DNA of 64,000 nt from Ylistrum balloti (lineage: Eukaryota). Below the pieces are notes generated by a model, which was not told the origin of the DNA, did no database searches, and was given only the letters and a program-made list of their open reading frames with translations. Each line of letters starts with the position of its first letter. Position 1 is the stretch's first letter. The position numbers and the translations under genes are program-made. Shown one piece after another: positions 51,757 through 64,000 of the stretch. The stretch is taken from NCBI RefSeq assembly GCF_031769215.1, contig NW_026782298.1, forward strand, positions 1,364,001 to 1,428,000, in the 5' to 3' direction.

Positions 51757-53738
51757 GGTTGGATACAATTTCTAGTTTGTCATCCTACAAAACAATAAAC
51801 TGCGATCAGATTTGATGTCAGAATAGCGAAAGAAAGCGTCTACGACTGTTAACAATTTCAATGAAAAATGGGGAATAAAACCAAAGTAAAATAGTGATGC
51901 CGTATATACGACCAGTCTACCTACGTTTATAATGACACGGTGTGTTTTCACTGTGGTTGATCGTCGGTACATATGAAACTCAACTACCCGGTCTTGGGAC
52001 TTTTAAAGATCTTCTGTTGATGCCAGCGGCTAAACGCCAGACTAAGACCATACATTTATATAACGGTACTCTCAGCTATTCCGGTAATATTCCATTAATT
52101 GCCATATACATAAGCGGCCCCGACTTTGTACTATACTGTATCTTAATCGGCCCAGAGTTGATTGCAGTCTAATCCAATATGCATTGGATTTTAATACAGA
52201 TATGACTTATGAATTGCAAAGATTATGGCGAGAACATAAGCGACCCCGTCCGAAAAGTTTTTTGCAGATCTGACGCGGCCCAGTTTAATCCACTATAGAC
52301 ATCAGAAGCAGCGATGCCGCTATTGGATGTCATTACCCGGCTTTACGAACTTCACAAACGTCGGTATTAACGGTCGGTGTGGCATTTCAGTTTTAATCCC
52401 AATCTGCAGGATAAATGGCCACAGACATTTAAACCGTATACTCTCCCTTCTTCTATAACCTACTAAGTGTTGATGGAGATTAGCAGATTTGCATTATTTT
52501 ACTATGTTTTCGTAGAATTGAGATATTTCGTGTAGAAAGCTCCGGTATCTAAATAATATATATATTTATTTTTTAGGACACGAAACGGATCTTACATACA
52601 GCAGAAGGACTGTAACCGTGATGCGAAATTCTGTGATTATTTTTTACAAGTTCATTGGGGCGTAAAGCACATCGGAGGCAGGTCACGTGGTCAGTTTTAC
52701 ATTCTTTATATGTACTAAACAGATATTCTTAGATTTCTGAAATTCCGCTTCGTGTATAATTTACATAATTAGATCCGTAAGAATTGACTAATGTACTTTA
52801 GGCCAGGAACGTTAACGAGGCGTATGTTTAATTGGCTGAGAATGAGAAGTAGGAGTGATAGTTTAGACAGGGAGAGGCGTCCTTCCACTTGAAGCTCATC
52901 GCCAATCAACATTTAAATACCACCGAGGAATGTATTTAGTGGTTTAATTGGTGACTAATCACGCGTGTCGGAAGGATATCAACACTGCGGAGTAATACTA
53001 GAGGGTGATGACCCTGCGATAAGACCATAACAATGATTGACTCATTTGATACATCCCAAAATTAGTGAGAATTCGTGTCAATTCTGGCCTTGGCAACAAA
53101 GACGACTATCAATTAAAGGTACAACATTTGTATCACAACAAATCTAATTCTCCGTTTTGTCGGATACACACATTGTTTTCCCGTCATGCAACATTTGCCT
53201 TCATTTGTTTTAACACAATTAGGCTGTAGATGGCGTTATTGACGCTTGGAATGCCAGCATTATGTGAGCCACGATCAGCTGATGAGAACTTTGAGCCCGC
53301 GCGGGTTCCCAGGACGTATCTGGTTCTCAAAGATGCACATGGAGACAAACTAAGACAATAGCTTGTAAGGCGTAACATGCAACATGTTTGTGAAGGGTAA
53401 TCAGTCTCGTAGCGAAACAATGGCTACCTAACGGAGCATGTTTTTTTTTGTGTTTCCCGTTCATATGTGTCTTTTGTTCACGGGTGGGTACATTACAGAG
53501 AGATGTGTATTACAATACCGCTAAAGTCAAACACATTTGTGGTTCGCCATAAGTCATGTTGACAAGATGATGGCGATCGGTGTGCTGCCTGGTCCAGCCT
53601 ACAACCAAGCCACGTTACCAACGATAGTGTTAAGTCCTTTAAATTTATGTGGTTAAATTTCAATGGTGATAAAATCATTTTTATATAAAACAATTTCACC
53701 ACTGCTGGTGGATGATAGCACACTATCTGTATTATAGC

Positions 53739-53753
53739 GTTACCATTGGCAAC
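53739..53753. promoter_or_regulatory. RFX X-box-like motif GTTACCATTGGCAAC, ~2 kb upstream of the first coding exon
   Basis: Matches the RFX consensus GTNRCC-N0-3-RGYAAC; function untested. Confidence 0.3.
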
Positions 53754-55729
53754 GAATTTTTATTTATAGCGGTCTAACAACTAATGCAACGGAAGACATA
53801 AAATAACAAAAAAAAAAAATAAATAAATAAATAAAAACATGCTCTTAAACATGTTTACATATTTTGTCACTGAACATCTAAGAGGACCGTTTTGGGTAAT
53901 TTGCCGCGCTTGATGAAGATCGACACCCGATCTATCTGTAATTTTAATCACCCAGTCAATCAACCAATCAGCGTTTACAAAAATATTTATGTCTAACACC
54001 GTCACGTTATCATAGACTCAACTCATAAAAATGACTTTGCCAATAACATCCTATCCACTTTCAGATTTCAGACATTTTTTGTGACAGGGAAGTAATTCTT
54101 GGAAGAGACCGAAAAGAAAGCGTAAATTATCGTGTGTGTACATCCCAGTGGTGTACCCACCTTAACGATTCTTTTTCGAGGGCGATTCTGATTTGTCAAT
54201 TCCTGTGTCGATATTTATATTTTTTCGCACTGCATCGTAATTACATCAGTCACACGAACACCTGTGCACGAGAAAGCGACCTGCAAGTTTCGCGACTACG
54301 CTCACCTGTTCCGACCTTACCTGGTCTGTATTTATCACACCTGAAAGGTTACAGCTTATCTCCTGCTTGGGGTACCCTGTCGCTTATATATGTACTCCTA
54401 TTTGTTATGCTAACACGCTGAATATTGCGTGCAGTATTTCAGTGCACGTCGTGATACTTGGGTAAGCGTCACAAATTTACATACCAGACGTGTAAGGTAC
54501 ATTAATGTTAACTAATGAATGCAACGCATTAGAAAATTTCGCCGTTTTTTTTCATCACTTATTTACGTATCGATAAAGATATTATCAAAATTGAGATCAA
54601 ATGAGAAGATCGACAAAAGTCCTATGTAATGATATGATGATTATATGGAGTGGCAGTTACTTAGCAGTAATGAGTTTGCCCATTGAAGGACATACTCAGC
54701 TACAGTTACATCAGTCTCCTGTCGTGGATTTAATGTCCACCATCTCCAAACAGGTTGTTAGGATCTAGTTAGCTCGAGGAATCTCCTCCAATATGTTTCA
54801 AATTCAGCATGTTTTGATGTAGAAAATAGTGTCATCAAATTAGTATTAATTAATAAAAAAATACATAGATAATATATGTTAAAAACAATATCAATATTTT
54901 GTCGATATGAAAAAGTAGTAAGTTACCGTAAATATGAGAATAGATAAAAAATAAATTTACCTGTATGATTGATTAACGTGCCCGGTCCCGTCTGATCACA
55001 GCTATATAATCCTAGTAATGTTATTTCATAGTAATAAGTAAGATATACAGGTAACACGAGGTCCGTTAGTATAGGGCTACCAAGCCAGTCTGAACCAAAC
55101 GCTCAGTGCCAGGTACGTTTACCTACATCAGGTGAGTACTCGAGCGTGACCAGGTAACGGCACTCAAGGGTACCGTTACAACGCCAGGTAAAGGCAGATA
55201 ACACCGCCCCATTATACGGCTTGTAAATATTGAATTCCGATCGTCGGACAGGTAAACCCACTTATGGGTTTTCCCAGACAGGTAGGGAGTCGGGCGAGAT
55301 TGTTCCCCTGTCAATCATAGTTAAGTCCCACCCACTCACTACCACACAAATGAAATATGTTTAATTTGGAAACTATTTCATGGTGGAATTTAGTTTGCAA
55401 ATAATGAAATTTGAGAGTACGGCGTAGCAGCGGTATGGTGGAAACCCAGAGGTTATACACATACAGTCATTTTTAACCCAACTTTTTAAATTCAAAAATA
55501 GATAATCTGTCACAGTATTATGTATACACAGGGCAAAAAACACATCAAATGCATACACAGGCGACAAAATTCCATTACTCACAAAAACCGCACACTAAAA
55601 TTCCAAAATTATGTTGATTTTACTAAAAACATGTGTACTAAATCACATTTTTCGCAAAGGAAGAATTTTGAACTTAACCTGGCATTTCACAAGTAAAAAA
55701 AACTATGGAAAAAGAATAGTAAAACAGAA

Positions 55730-56728
55730 ATTTAGATAGTAAAACATAATTATAGATAGTAAAACAGAATTATAGATAGTAAAACAGGATTACAGATAGT
55801 GAAACAGAAATATAGATAGTAGAACAGAATTACAGATAGTAAAACAGAATTACAGATAGTAGAACAGAAATATAGATAGTAAAACAGAATTACAGATAGT
55901 AAAACAGAAATATAGATAGTAGAACAGAATTACAGATAGTAAAACAGAAATGTAGATAGTAAAACAGAATTACAGATAGTAAAACAGAAATATAGATAGT
56001 AAAACAGAATTACAGATAGTAAAACAGAAATATAGATAGTAAAACAGAATTACAGATAGTAAAACAGAAATGTAGATAGTAAAACAGAATTACAGATAGT
56101 AAAACAGAAATAGATAGTAAAACAGAATAGATAGTAAAACAGAATTACAGAAAGTAAAACAGGATTACAGATAGTAAAACAGAAATATAGATAGTAAAAC
56201 AGAATTACAGATAGTAAAACAGAATTATAGATAGTAAAACAGAATTATAGATAGTAAAACAGAAAACAGAATTACAGAAATATAGATAGTAAAACAGAAT
56301 TATAGATAGTAAAACAGAAATATAGATAGTAAAACAGAATTACAGATAGTAGAACAGAAATATAGATAGTAAAACAGAATTACAGATAGTAAAACAGAAA
56401 TGTAGATAGTAAAACAGAATTACAGATAGTAAAACAGAATTATAGATAGTAAAACAGAATTACAGATAGTAAAACAGAATTACAGAAAGTAAAACAGGAT
56501 TACAGATAGTAAAACAGAAATATAGATAGTAAAACAGAATTACAGATAGTAGAACAGAAATATAGATAGTAAAACAGAATTATAGATAGTAAAACAGAAA
56601 TATAGATAGTAAAACAGAATTACAGATAGTAGAACAGAATTATAGATAGTAAAACAGAATTATAGATAGTAGAACAGAATTATAGATAGTAAAACAGGAT
56701 TACAGATAGTAAAACATAATTATAGATA
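55730..56728. repeat. 20-bp minisatellite (GATAGTAAAACAGAA[TTAC/ATAT]A), ~50 copies, often alternating as a 40-bp dimer
   Basis: Read directly. Confidence 0.96.
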
Positions 56729-56787
56729 AAGAAAAGAGGAAACTGAAACTAGAAATATAGAACGTCAAACACAAATACGAACGAAAT

Positions 56788-56995
56788 AGGTCAAAGGTCA
56801 AACTGAAATACAAACCAAGTAGGTCGAAGGTCAAACAGATACGGACGGTAAAAGTCGAAGGTCGAACTGAAATAAAACGAAATAGGTCGAAGGTCAAACA
56901 CAGATACGAACGGAGAAGGTCGGAAGTCAATCAGAAATAAGAACAGAGTAGATCGAAGGTCAGACTGAAATACGGGCGAAGAAGGTCAAAGGTGA
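56788..56995. repeat. Diverged ~33-bp repeat x7 with a conserved AGGTCRAAGGTCA core
   Basis: Cores at ~31-33-bp spacing; spacers are diverged. Confidence 0.85.
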
Positions 56996-57879
56996 AAAAA
57001 TGCATACACAATCTCCGAGCGTCAAACGAATACAGTTATTGATTAAGTCAAAACATTGAAACATGATGTCCAAACTAGCACGGGACATACATCATACTGA
57101 AAACTATAGCGTTTTGTTTTTGTGTGTTACATATTCATTCAGTCCCAGTTTGAATATTTTTTTGTTCAAATTAACAAATTCCCTGACAAACCAACTGGAA
57201 AATAGATTAAAGCGGAAATAATTCTTGTGAGATTTTGAATTCGTAAGTTTAAGAATGCAAACGATATAGATATAGGTCCACTGTCACGCATGACCTGATC
57301 CACGGCAAAACAGGTCAAGTTTAGTTTAGAATAATCATATTCTTATAACCTTCTATTAATACTATTCATCCAGGAATTTGTTGTATTGTAGTAATAAAGC
57401 GATTACATTAATCTTGGGTAGAATGACGACTATTCAGACAGTGCTATCACACCATACAGGTGGAGAAATACCTGACATCTCCTACCCATGCCTTAAGTAA
57501 ATAACGTAATGACACATCCTAATCACCTTAGACTACCTGTACATACCTGTTCGGACGTCCCAAACTTGTGAACGGAACAACTAAATTGTTTTTATTGAAT
57601 TAGAAGCTATCATCAGTGCTCATCCTGAGCTGAGACAGGAAGAATGAAGGGACTTTCTAATTTCTAAGGATGTGTTTGCATTTTATATTCCGAAAGCCCG
57701 TTATAAAAAGTAATTTGTTCAAAGAAAAAATACATATATACACAAGCGTTTGAACAGATGTAATGGAAGGTCTACGGAAATGTCAGAATTTATCGTTTAT
57801 CTCTCCTTTGTATGATCTATTAAAAACGGCAACATGTAAAACAACAACCAGCAACAGTGTTTGTATAAGTAGTTGTGAT

Positions 57880-58010
57880 AAGCACACACTCACCCTCACA
57901 CCAACACAACTTATAGGTACCCCCCCCCAACACACACACACACACACCATCAGCCCCCTCTCTCACACACCCAACCTTAACCCTCACACACGCACACAAT
58001 TCAACCCTCT
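57880..58010. repeat. CA-rich low-complexity/microsatellite next to a gap
   Basis: cacacac runs running into the N gap. Confidence 0.8.
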
Positions 58011-58214
58011 NNNNNNNNNNNNNNNNNNNNNNNNNNNNNNNNNNNNNNNNNNNNNNNNNNNNNNNNNNNNNNNNNNNNNNNNNNNNNNNNNNNNNNNNNN
58101 NNNNNNNNNNNNNNNNNNNNNNNNNNNNNNNNNNNNNNNNNNNNNNNNNNNNNNNNNNNNNNNNNNNNNNNNNNNNNNNNNNNNNNNNNNNNNNNNNNNN
58201 NNNNNNNNNNNNNN
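58011..58214. other. Assembly gap (N)
   Basis: Run of N. Confidence 0.99.
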
Positions 58215-58744
58215 TGGGCTTGGTAGAGTATATCACATCACCAGTTAAGACATCCACATCTGGGGGTTAGACAAAATTCTAGCAGTGTAAATTTTTCGAA
58301 TCTATGTATGTTACACCACTAACAAATGAAGATAACCAATGATAAAAAGATTTCGACTGTGGTCGGAAGGACAAATATTTTTTTAGTAATCGTTTTTATA
58401 GTTTCGAATTGGCGGGGTCATTTCGAGCAACAGACATCAAAACGAAGCTACAGTGTATAGATCGAATGATAATGCGATAAACGACAACGGACACGGAATC
58501 CGGATTACGTGACTAATTCACCAAAATGTTACAAACTTATGTCAATATGTTGTTTAGGAATGAAATGAGTTAGCGTGAAAACTAGCATATCCCTGTTATC
58601 GTACAGCTTATAAAACAATGTGTAGCTAGTATTGTGTCGGCATGTCCGACTGTCCTTCAAGCATATTAAGCCCATTGTGTCTGGACGCTTATTTAACGAT
58701 ACTATTGTCCATATTTCGTAAAGTTATTGCTGTAAAGTCCAAAA

Positions 58745-60560
58745 ATATTGTCCGAGTGTCGTAAAGTGAGTGTGCGAGTGTCGTAAGGTTGTTGTCCCAG
58801 TGTCGTAAAGTTGTTGTCCGAGTGTCATAAAGTTGATGTCCGAGTGTCATAAAGTTGTTGTCAGAGTGTCGTAAAGTTGTTGTCCGAGTGTCGTAAAATT
58901 GTTGTCCGAGTGTCGTTAAGTGAGTGTATTTACGAGGTTGGTAAGGTTGTTGTCCGATTGTGGTAAAGTTGTTGTCAGAGTGTCGTAAAGTAAGTGTGCG
59001 AGTGTGGTAAGGTTGTTGTCCGAGTGTCGTAAAGTGAGTGTGCGAGTGTGGTAAGGTTGTTGTCTGAGAATCGTAAAGTTGTTGTCTGAGAATCGTAAAG
59101 TTGCTGTCTGGGTGTCATAAAGTTGTTGTCCGAGTGTCATAAAGTTGTTGACCGAGTGTCGTAAAGTAAGTGTGCGAGTGTCGTAAGGTTGTTGTCGGGG
59201 TTGGTAAAGTTGTTATCGGGATGTGGTAAAGTTGTTGTCGGGATGTGGTAAAGTTGTTGTCTGGATGTGGTAAAGTTGTTGTCGGGATGTGGTAAAGTTG
59301 TTGTCGGGGTGTAAAAGTTGTTGTCGGGATGTGGTAAAGTTGTTGTCGGGGTGTAAAAGTTGTTGTCGGGATTTGGTAAAGTTGTTATCGGGATGTGGTA
59401 AAGTTGTTGTCTGGATGTGGTAAAGTTGTTGTCTGGATGTGGTAAAGTTGTTGTCTGGATGTGGTAAAGTTGTTGTCGGGATGTGGTAAAGTTGTTGTCG
59501 GGATTTGGTAAAGTTGTTGTCTGGATTTGGTAAAGTTGTTGTCTGGATGTGGTAAAGTTGTTGTCTGGATGTGGTAAAGTTGTTGTCTGGATTTGGTAAA
59601 GTTGTTGTCGGGATGTGGTAAAGTTGTTGTCTGGATGTGGTAAAGTTGTTGTCTGGATGTGGTAAAGTTGTTGTCGGGGTGTGGTAAGGTTGTTGCCGGG
59701 GTGTGGTAAATTTGTTGTCGGGGTGTGGTAAAGTTGTTGTCTGGATGTGGTAAAGTTGTTGTCGGGATTTGGTAAAGTTGTTGTCTGGATGTGGTAAAGT
59801 TGTTGTCTGGATGTGGTAAAGTTGTTGTCGGGATTTGGTAAAGTTGTTGTCGGGATGTGGTAAAGTTGTTGTCTGGATGTGGTAAATGTCGGGGTGTAAA
59901 AGTTGTTGTCGGGATGTGGTAAAGTTGTTGTCGGGGTGTGGTAAAGTTGTTGTCGGGATTTGGTAAAGTTGTTGTCGGGGTGTGGTAAAGTTGTTGTCTG
60001 GATGTGGTAAAGTTGTTGTCGGGGTGTAAAAGTTGTTGTCGGGATGTGGTAAAGTTGTTGTCGGGGTGTGGTAAAGTTGTTGTCGGGATGTGGTAAAGTT
60101 GTTGTCGGGGTGTGGTAAAGTTGTTGTCGGGATTAGGTAAAGTTGTTGTCTGGATGTGGTAAAGTTGTTGTCTGGATGTGGTAAATTTGTTGTCGGGATT
60201 TGGTAAAGTTGTTGTCGGGGTGTGGTAAAGTTGTTGTCGGCATGTGGTAAAGTTGTTGTCGGGGTGTGGTAAAGTTGTTGTCGGGGTGTGGTAAAGTTGT
60301 TGTCGGGATGTGGTAAAGTTGTTGTCGGGGTGTGGTAAAGTTGTTGTCGGGATGTGGTAAAGTTGTTGTCTGGATGTGGTAAAGTTGTTGTCTGGATGTG
60401 GTAAAGTTGTTGTCGGGATGTGGTAAATTTGTTGTCGGAGTGTTGTAAAGTAATGTGTATCGTAAAATAAGTGAAGGAAAGTCTTAAATTTGCTTTCTAA
60501 ATGTGGTAAAGTTAGTGTCGGAGTTTTGTAAAATATATGTCCGAGTGTTGTGATGTTGGT
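58745..60560. repeat. 22-bp GT-skewed minisatellite (GTTGTTGTCGGGATGTGGTAAA), ~80 copies with diverged flanks
   Basis: Read directly. Confidence 0.96.
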
Positions 60561-61302
60561 TTCCGAGTATCGTATCAGAAGTATCCGAGCCTCATTGAGG
60601 TGATGTTGAAATGTCTTTGCAGTAGTCGAGGGTCGTAGAGGTAGCCATTTCTAGTTCGAAATGCGATAATTGTTTTCATTTTAAGGAAAAAAAATAGAAC
60701 AATGCCCCTCTAGTATGAAAAAAGCCTGTCGCCTCGTATGGCACGAGGACGGCTTAAGTTGCGGGTAAGTTGGGTACATGCCTATCAACGTACAGAAGGG
60801 ACTTGTCCATTGTTAGCGGTGTTGATCTCCTATTTCTGATGATTTACACTTAAGACCGCAAATTTAGGATTAAGACAGCTTAGTGGAGTTCTTTTTGTGC
60901 GGTTTGATGTCATGTTATAAATATACGATCCACTGGGTTAAGATTTCGGCGTGTGGTTGGATGCCACATAACAGGCACTGATTGAATGTTTGACGAACAA
61001 TTTCATTCCTCGTGAAATGAGTCATAGTAAATTAGGAGACTCTAAGATATCCATGTTCACTGCCAGCATCTCAAGAGGTGGTAATTCTGCCATTACTAAA
61101 CTAGAACTAAACCGAAGTAAATGAGAAAAGTTGTGAGTAAAGTCCAGCACAGAACGTCTATTGATGACAAATACAAGATTTCCTTTCCAAGTCATGCATC
61201 TAGCATAATATCTTGTTGTGAACAGACAGACATTTATCCAGCGTGTATTTCAAGGAATTGTCATTCCACTATATGTAACAGAGGTCATTATTTATTTCAA
61301 TA

Positions 61303-61373
61303 CCTCCGCTAGGAATCGAACCCGGGACCCCTGATGTACTAGTCTGACTCTCAACGAATCGAGCTAAAGAGAA
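61303..61373 (-). mobile_element. tRNA-derived (SINE-like) Pol III unit, degenerate, possibly tRNA-Thr(AGT)-like; not a functional tRNA
   Basis: Minus strand TTCTCTT TAGCTCGATTCGTTGAGAG TCAGA CTAGTAC ATCAG GGGTC CCGGG TTCGATT CCTAG CGGAGGT. A-box-like TAGCTCGATTCG and B box GGTTCGATTCC sit at tRNA spacing, but the stems are mismatched. Confidence 0.6.
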
Positions 61374-63479
61374 GTTCTCTCTAGTCGAGTGATATATTGC
61401 GGCTAGTATTTTACCAGGGTAACACATATATCTGTCGTCTGTGATGCTATGTTGACCGGTAATTTCTCTGTTATTTGTTTTTACATGTGTTTTATTTATA
61501 AGAATGGTGGTACGATTCTGGATGTACTCCCATGAAGTCCTTAAACCTTTGTCACCATCACGTCACTGACGAGCACTGAGTCCGATCTGTATTCAAAAGC
61601 GTTCGTATTAAGCAGGAAAACATCCTATTGACATTATTAACTGGTGTCCGATTATTTTTGTAGAATATCCAATCAGATGTGTCGTTACATCTGTGTTAGG
61701 ATGCCTTGTTCCATTTCGTGCCAAGCTATATTTAACATACTTGGAACCGATCTTACTTTATAAGCTGAATCTGTGAACATGTTATAATACAGAGTCGATT
61801 GTTGATTAAGAATATGAGGGTGAGGATTTCAGTATCAGCCCTGTGATACACTACTTCACATTGTCGATATTGTTACAACCATCTGTTGTTTAAGGTGAGA
61901 AAGTGAACGATTTAAGGAGTGAAAGTTTATCTCTGCAATCTATCTCAGGATTCGATTTTTTTTCATTCTAAAATTTCTGTGCCCTAATAAAAAATTTAAA
62001 TATCAACGCAATTCATTGAAACACCAAGTACGCGTAGATGCGCCGTCAGATTGAAAAAAAGACCAATCATTGCTTCTTCCTTCCTATATAGACGGGTTCG
62101 TTTCATACACACTCAGTGACACGTATATACCTATATATTTATCAAATCTCGCTGTAACTTAGTCTCGGATAAATCTCTCACAGCACACGGTTATCAACAC
62201 AGAGCATTGTTCCATCAAAATGATTAAAATTCCACGAACTTTCTGTTGATCTGGTGGGGACGGGAATGAAAAAGACGCTTTTGTTCAGAAATCGTCGGGT
62301 CGTTAGTCGCGTTTGTGTGGGCGACAGAGCGACAAACGGCCGCTTATAGGCTGTATTGTTTCCGATACTTTACAACAACAGTGTGATATAACCGTAGACG
62401 TAGAGCTTAGAGAGGTGAACGAAGGGAAGCAACTCCTACAATTATGATGGAGAAATAATAGAAAAATATTTCAAAAATGAATAAGCGATATTAATACAAT
62501 TTTTTTCATTAATTATTATCAATAGTAATCTTCTGATCATAGCATTGATTTTTTCTACTAAAACAGTATGATGTCGGGTTTTTATTCTCGGCTTACAATA
62601 AGCAGCAGAAACATGGCGGACCCATCCGTGAAAATTGTACAGGTGACGGACAAACATAGAATATTGTGTTTTGTTTGGGTGACACCCATTATATGTATTC
62701 GCAAATATTTGAGAAATTCTACACACACATGATTTTTCATCGACAAACATCTATTTAAGCTGTTCAAACAAATCCAATTTTCAATGACTTGACGTATACA
62801 GAGGGTTTGACTGCTCGTGTTTGTATTGTGCCATCACCCCATTGTGCTGACGTATCCACTGCCGATACACAAGTCTTATAGAGTTTGTGTTCCGATTGGA
62901 AATGACACCTTTACAAAGGTCGAGTGGTCAACTAGTTACTGACCAGGAATCTGACCATTAAATGGACAATCTATATAGGACGAAAACTCCTACTTGACCC
63001 TGCTTACAGCAATATAAATACACAACACGATGGATGTAGTACCAAATTAAAACCTCTCACTACACCATCCAACATTGCACAGGATTGAAGAAAGAGGGTA
63101 CAAGTGTAGTTATATTTGTAGTGTCTGGTATAAAAATGATTTTACTGACTATGTAAATATGATTATTCGGCAGGGGACTGTAACGGATGTCAGTAACGTT
63201 CATCTGAAACATCAAGCGTCGAGTCGACTGCCTGTCTATCTAACAGCTCCTGTCCGATCTCTCATTATCAGAAAAGTTACAGTGTTGTGCGTTTCATGAC
63301 ACGTCACAGATATATGTACATGTTATCAACAGGAATGTTAATTTCAATCGATCCTTTACGTTACAATTTGAGGCCCGATTACACTCAATCTTGATTTTGC
63401 TCTAGGTTTATTGGTCAAAGCCCAATATCTAACTTGAACTCTGTTCGAAAATCCTTCTTATCATCGAAAAGCTGTATTT

Positions 63480-63575
63480 GAGCACGAGAACGAAAGCGCG
63501 CGTGTGTCGTCCATCAGTCCGTCCCTCCGTCGTCCGTCTCTAAACAGTGTCTCGTGACCACTTCTCCTAAATAAG
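63480..63575 (+). mobile_element. Possible degraded end of a Helentron-associated (HINE-like) element
   Basis: GTCC-type microsatellite (gtcgtccatcagtccgtccctccgtcgtccgtctctaaaca) resembles the ends of bivalve HINE/pearl-type repeats. This is recognition from memory only. Confidence 0.3.
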
Positions 63576-63762
63576 TAATAATACTCTACATCAACAGCAG
63601 CTCGAGCTGTAAGTAATATCTATTTATTTGTTTTATTTTCCATTCCGGATATTTTTGGTGTATCAAAACTATACAAGGAACGCAATGTCTGATCTTGATA
63701 TGGGGAGACAGTCTGGGTGTGAATAAGACAATAGCATATTTCATTGTATATTGGTTCAACAT

Positions 63763-64000
63763 GCATGGAGAGAGACTCGCCAGACTGCCCACCACACACA
63801 GAGAGAGACTCGCCAGACTGCCCATCACACATAGAGAGAGACTCGCCAGACTGTCTACCACACATGGAGAGAGATTAGCCAGACTGCCCACCACACATGG
63901 AGAGAGACTCACCAGACTGTCTACCACACATGGAGAGAGATTAGCCAGACTGCTCACCACACATGGAGAGAGATTAGCCAGACTGCCCACCACACATGGA
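63763..64000. repeat. 33-bp minisatellite (CACACATGGAGAGAGACTCGCCAGACTGCCCAC), truncated by the window end
   Basis: Read directly. Confidence 0.94.

Noticed and set aside
34026-58257. ORFs containing X runs (34026-34346, 39815-40207, 40502-41392, 57763-58257)
   Set aside because: Artefacts of translating N gaps.

Overview
AT-rich eukaryotic (metazoan) genomic DNA from a draft assembly with four N-gaps. The repeat landscape looks like a bivalve or other mollusc (inference, not verified). About one third of the window (~21-22 kb by my tally) consists of more than 20 mutually different minisatellite arrays with 18-60 bp units. These arrays, together with the N-gaps, account for nearly all long ORFs in the supplied track, and none is a CRISPR array. 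I can support one protein-coding gene: a 4-coding-exon minus-strand gene (51756-51325, 50842-50440, 50155-49940, 49795-49485). All its introns are GT-AG, the phases are consistent, and the 453-aa product belongs to no family I recognise. It is an S/T-P-rich, probably disordered protein with basic NLS-like clusters and a helical C-terminus. Mobile DNA includes two oppositely oriented copies of a 247-bp foldback MITE, a 241-bp TIR element with a 5-bp TSD, and a tRNA-like Pol III unit inside a short TG...CA-bounded segment. I did not find a clearly new multi-gene system. The best leads are the orphan protein's kinase-motif set, the internally placed tRNA-like unit, motif clusters upstream of the gene (CAGGTR clusters, a DR1-like array, an X-box), and higher-order structure in the satellites.
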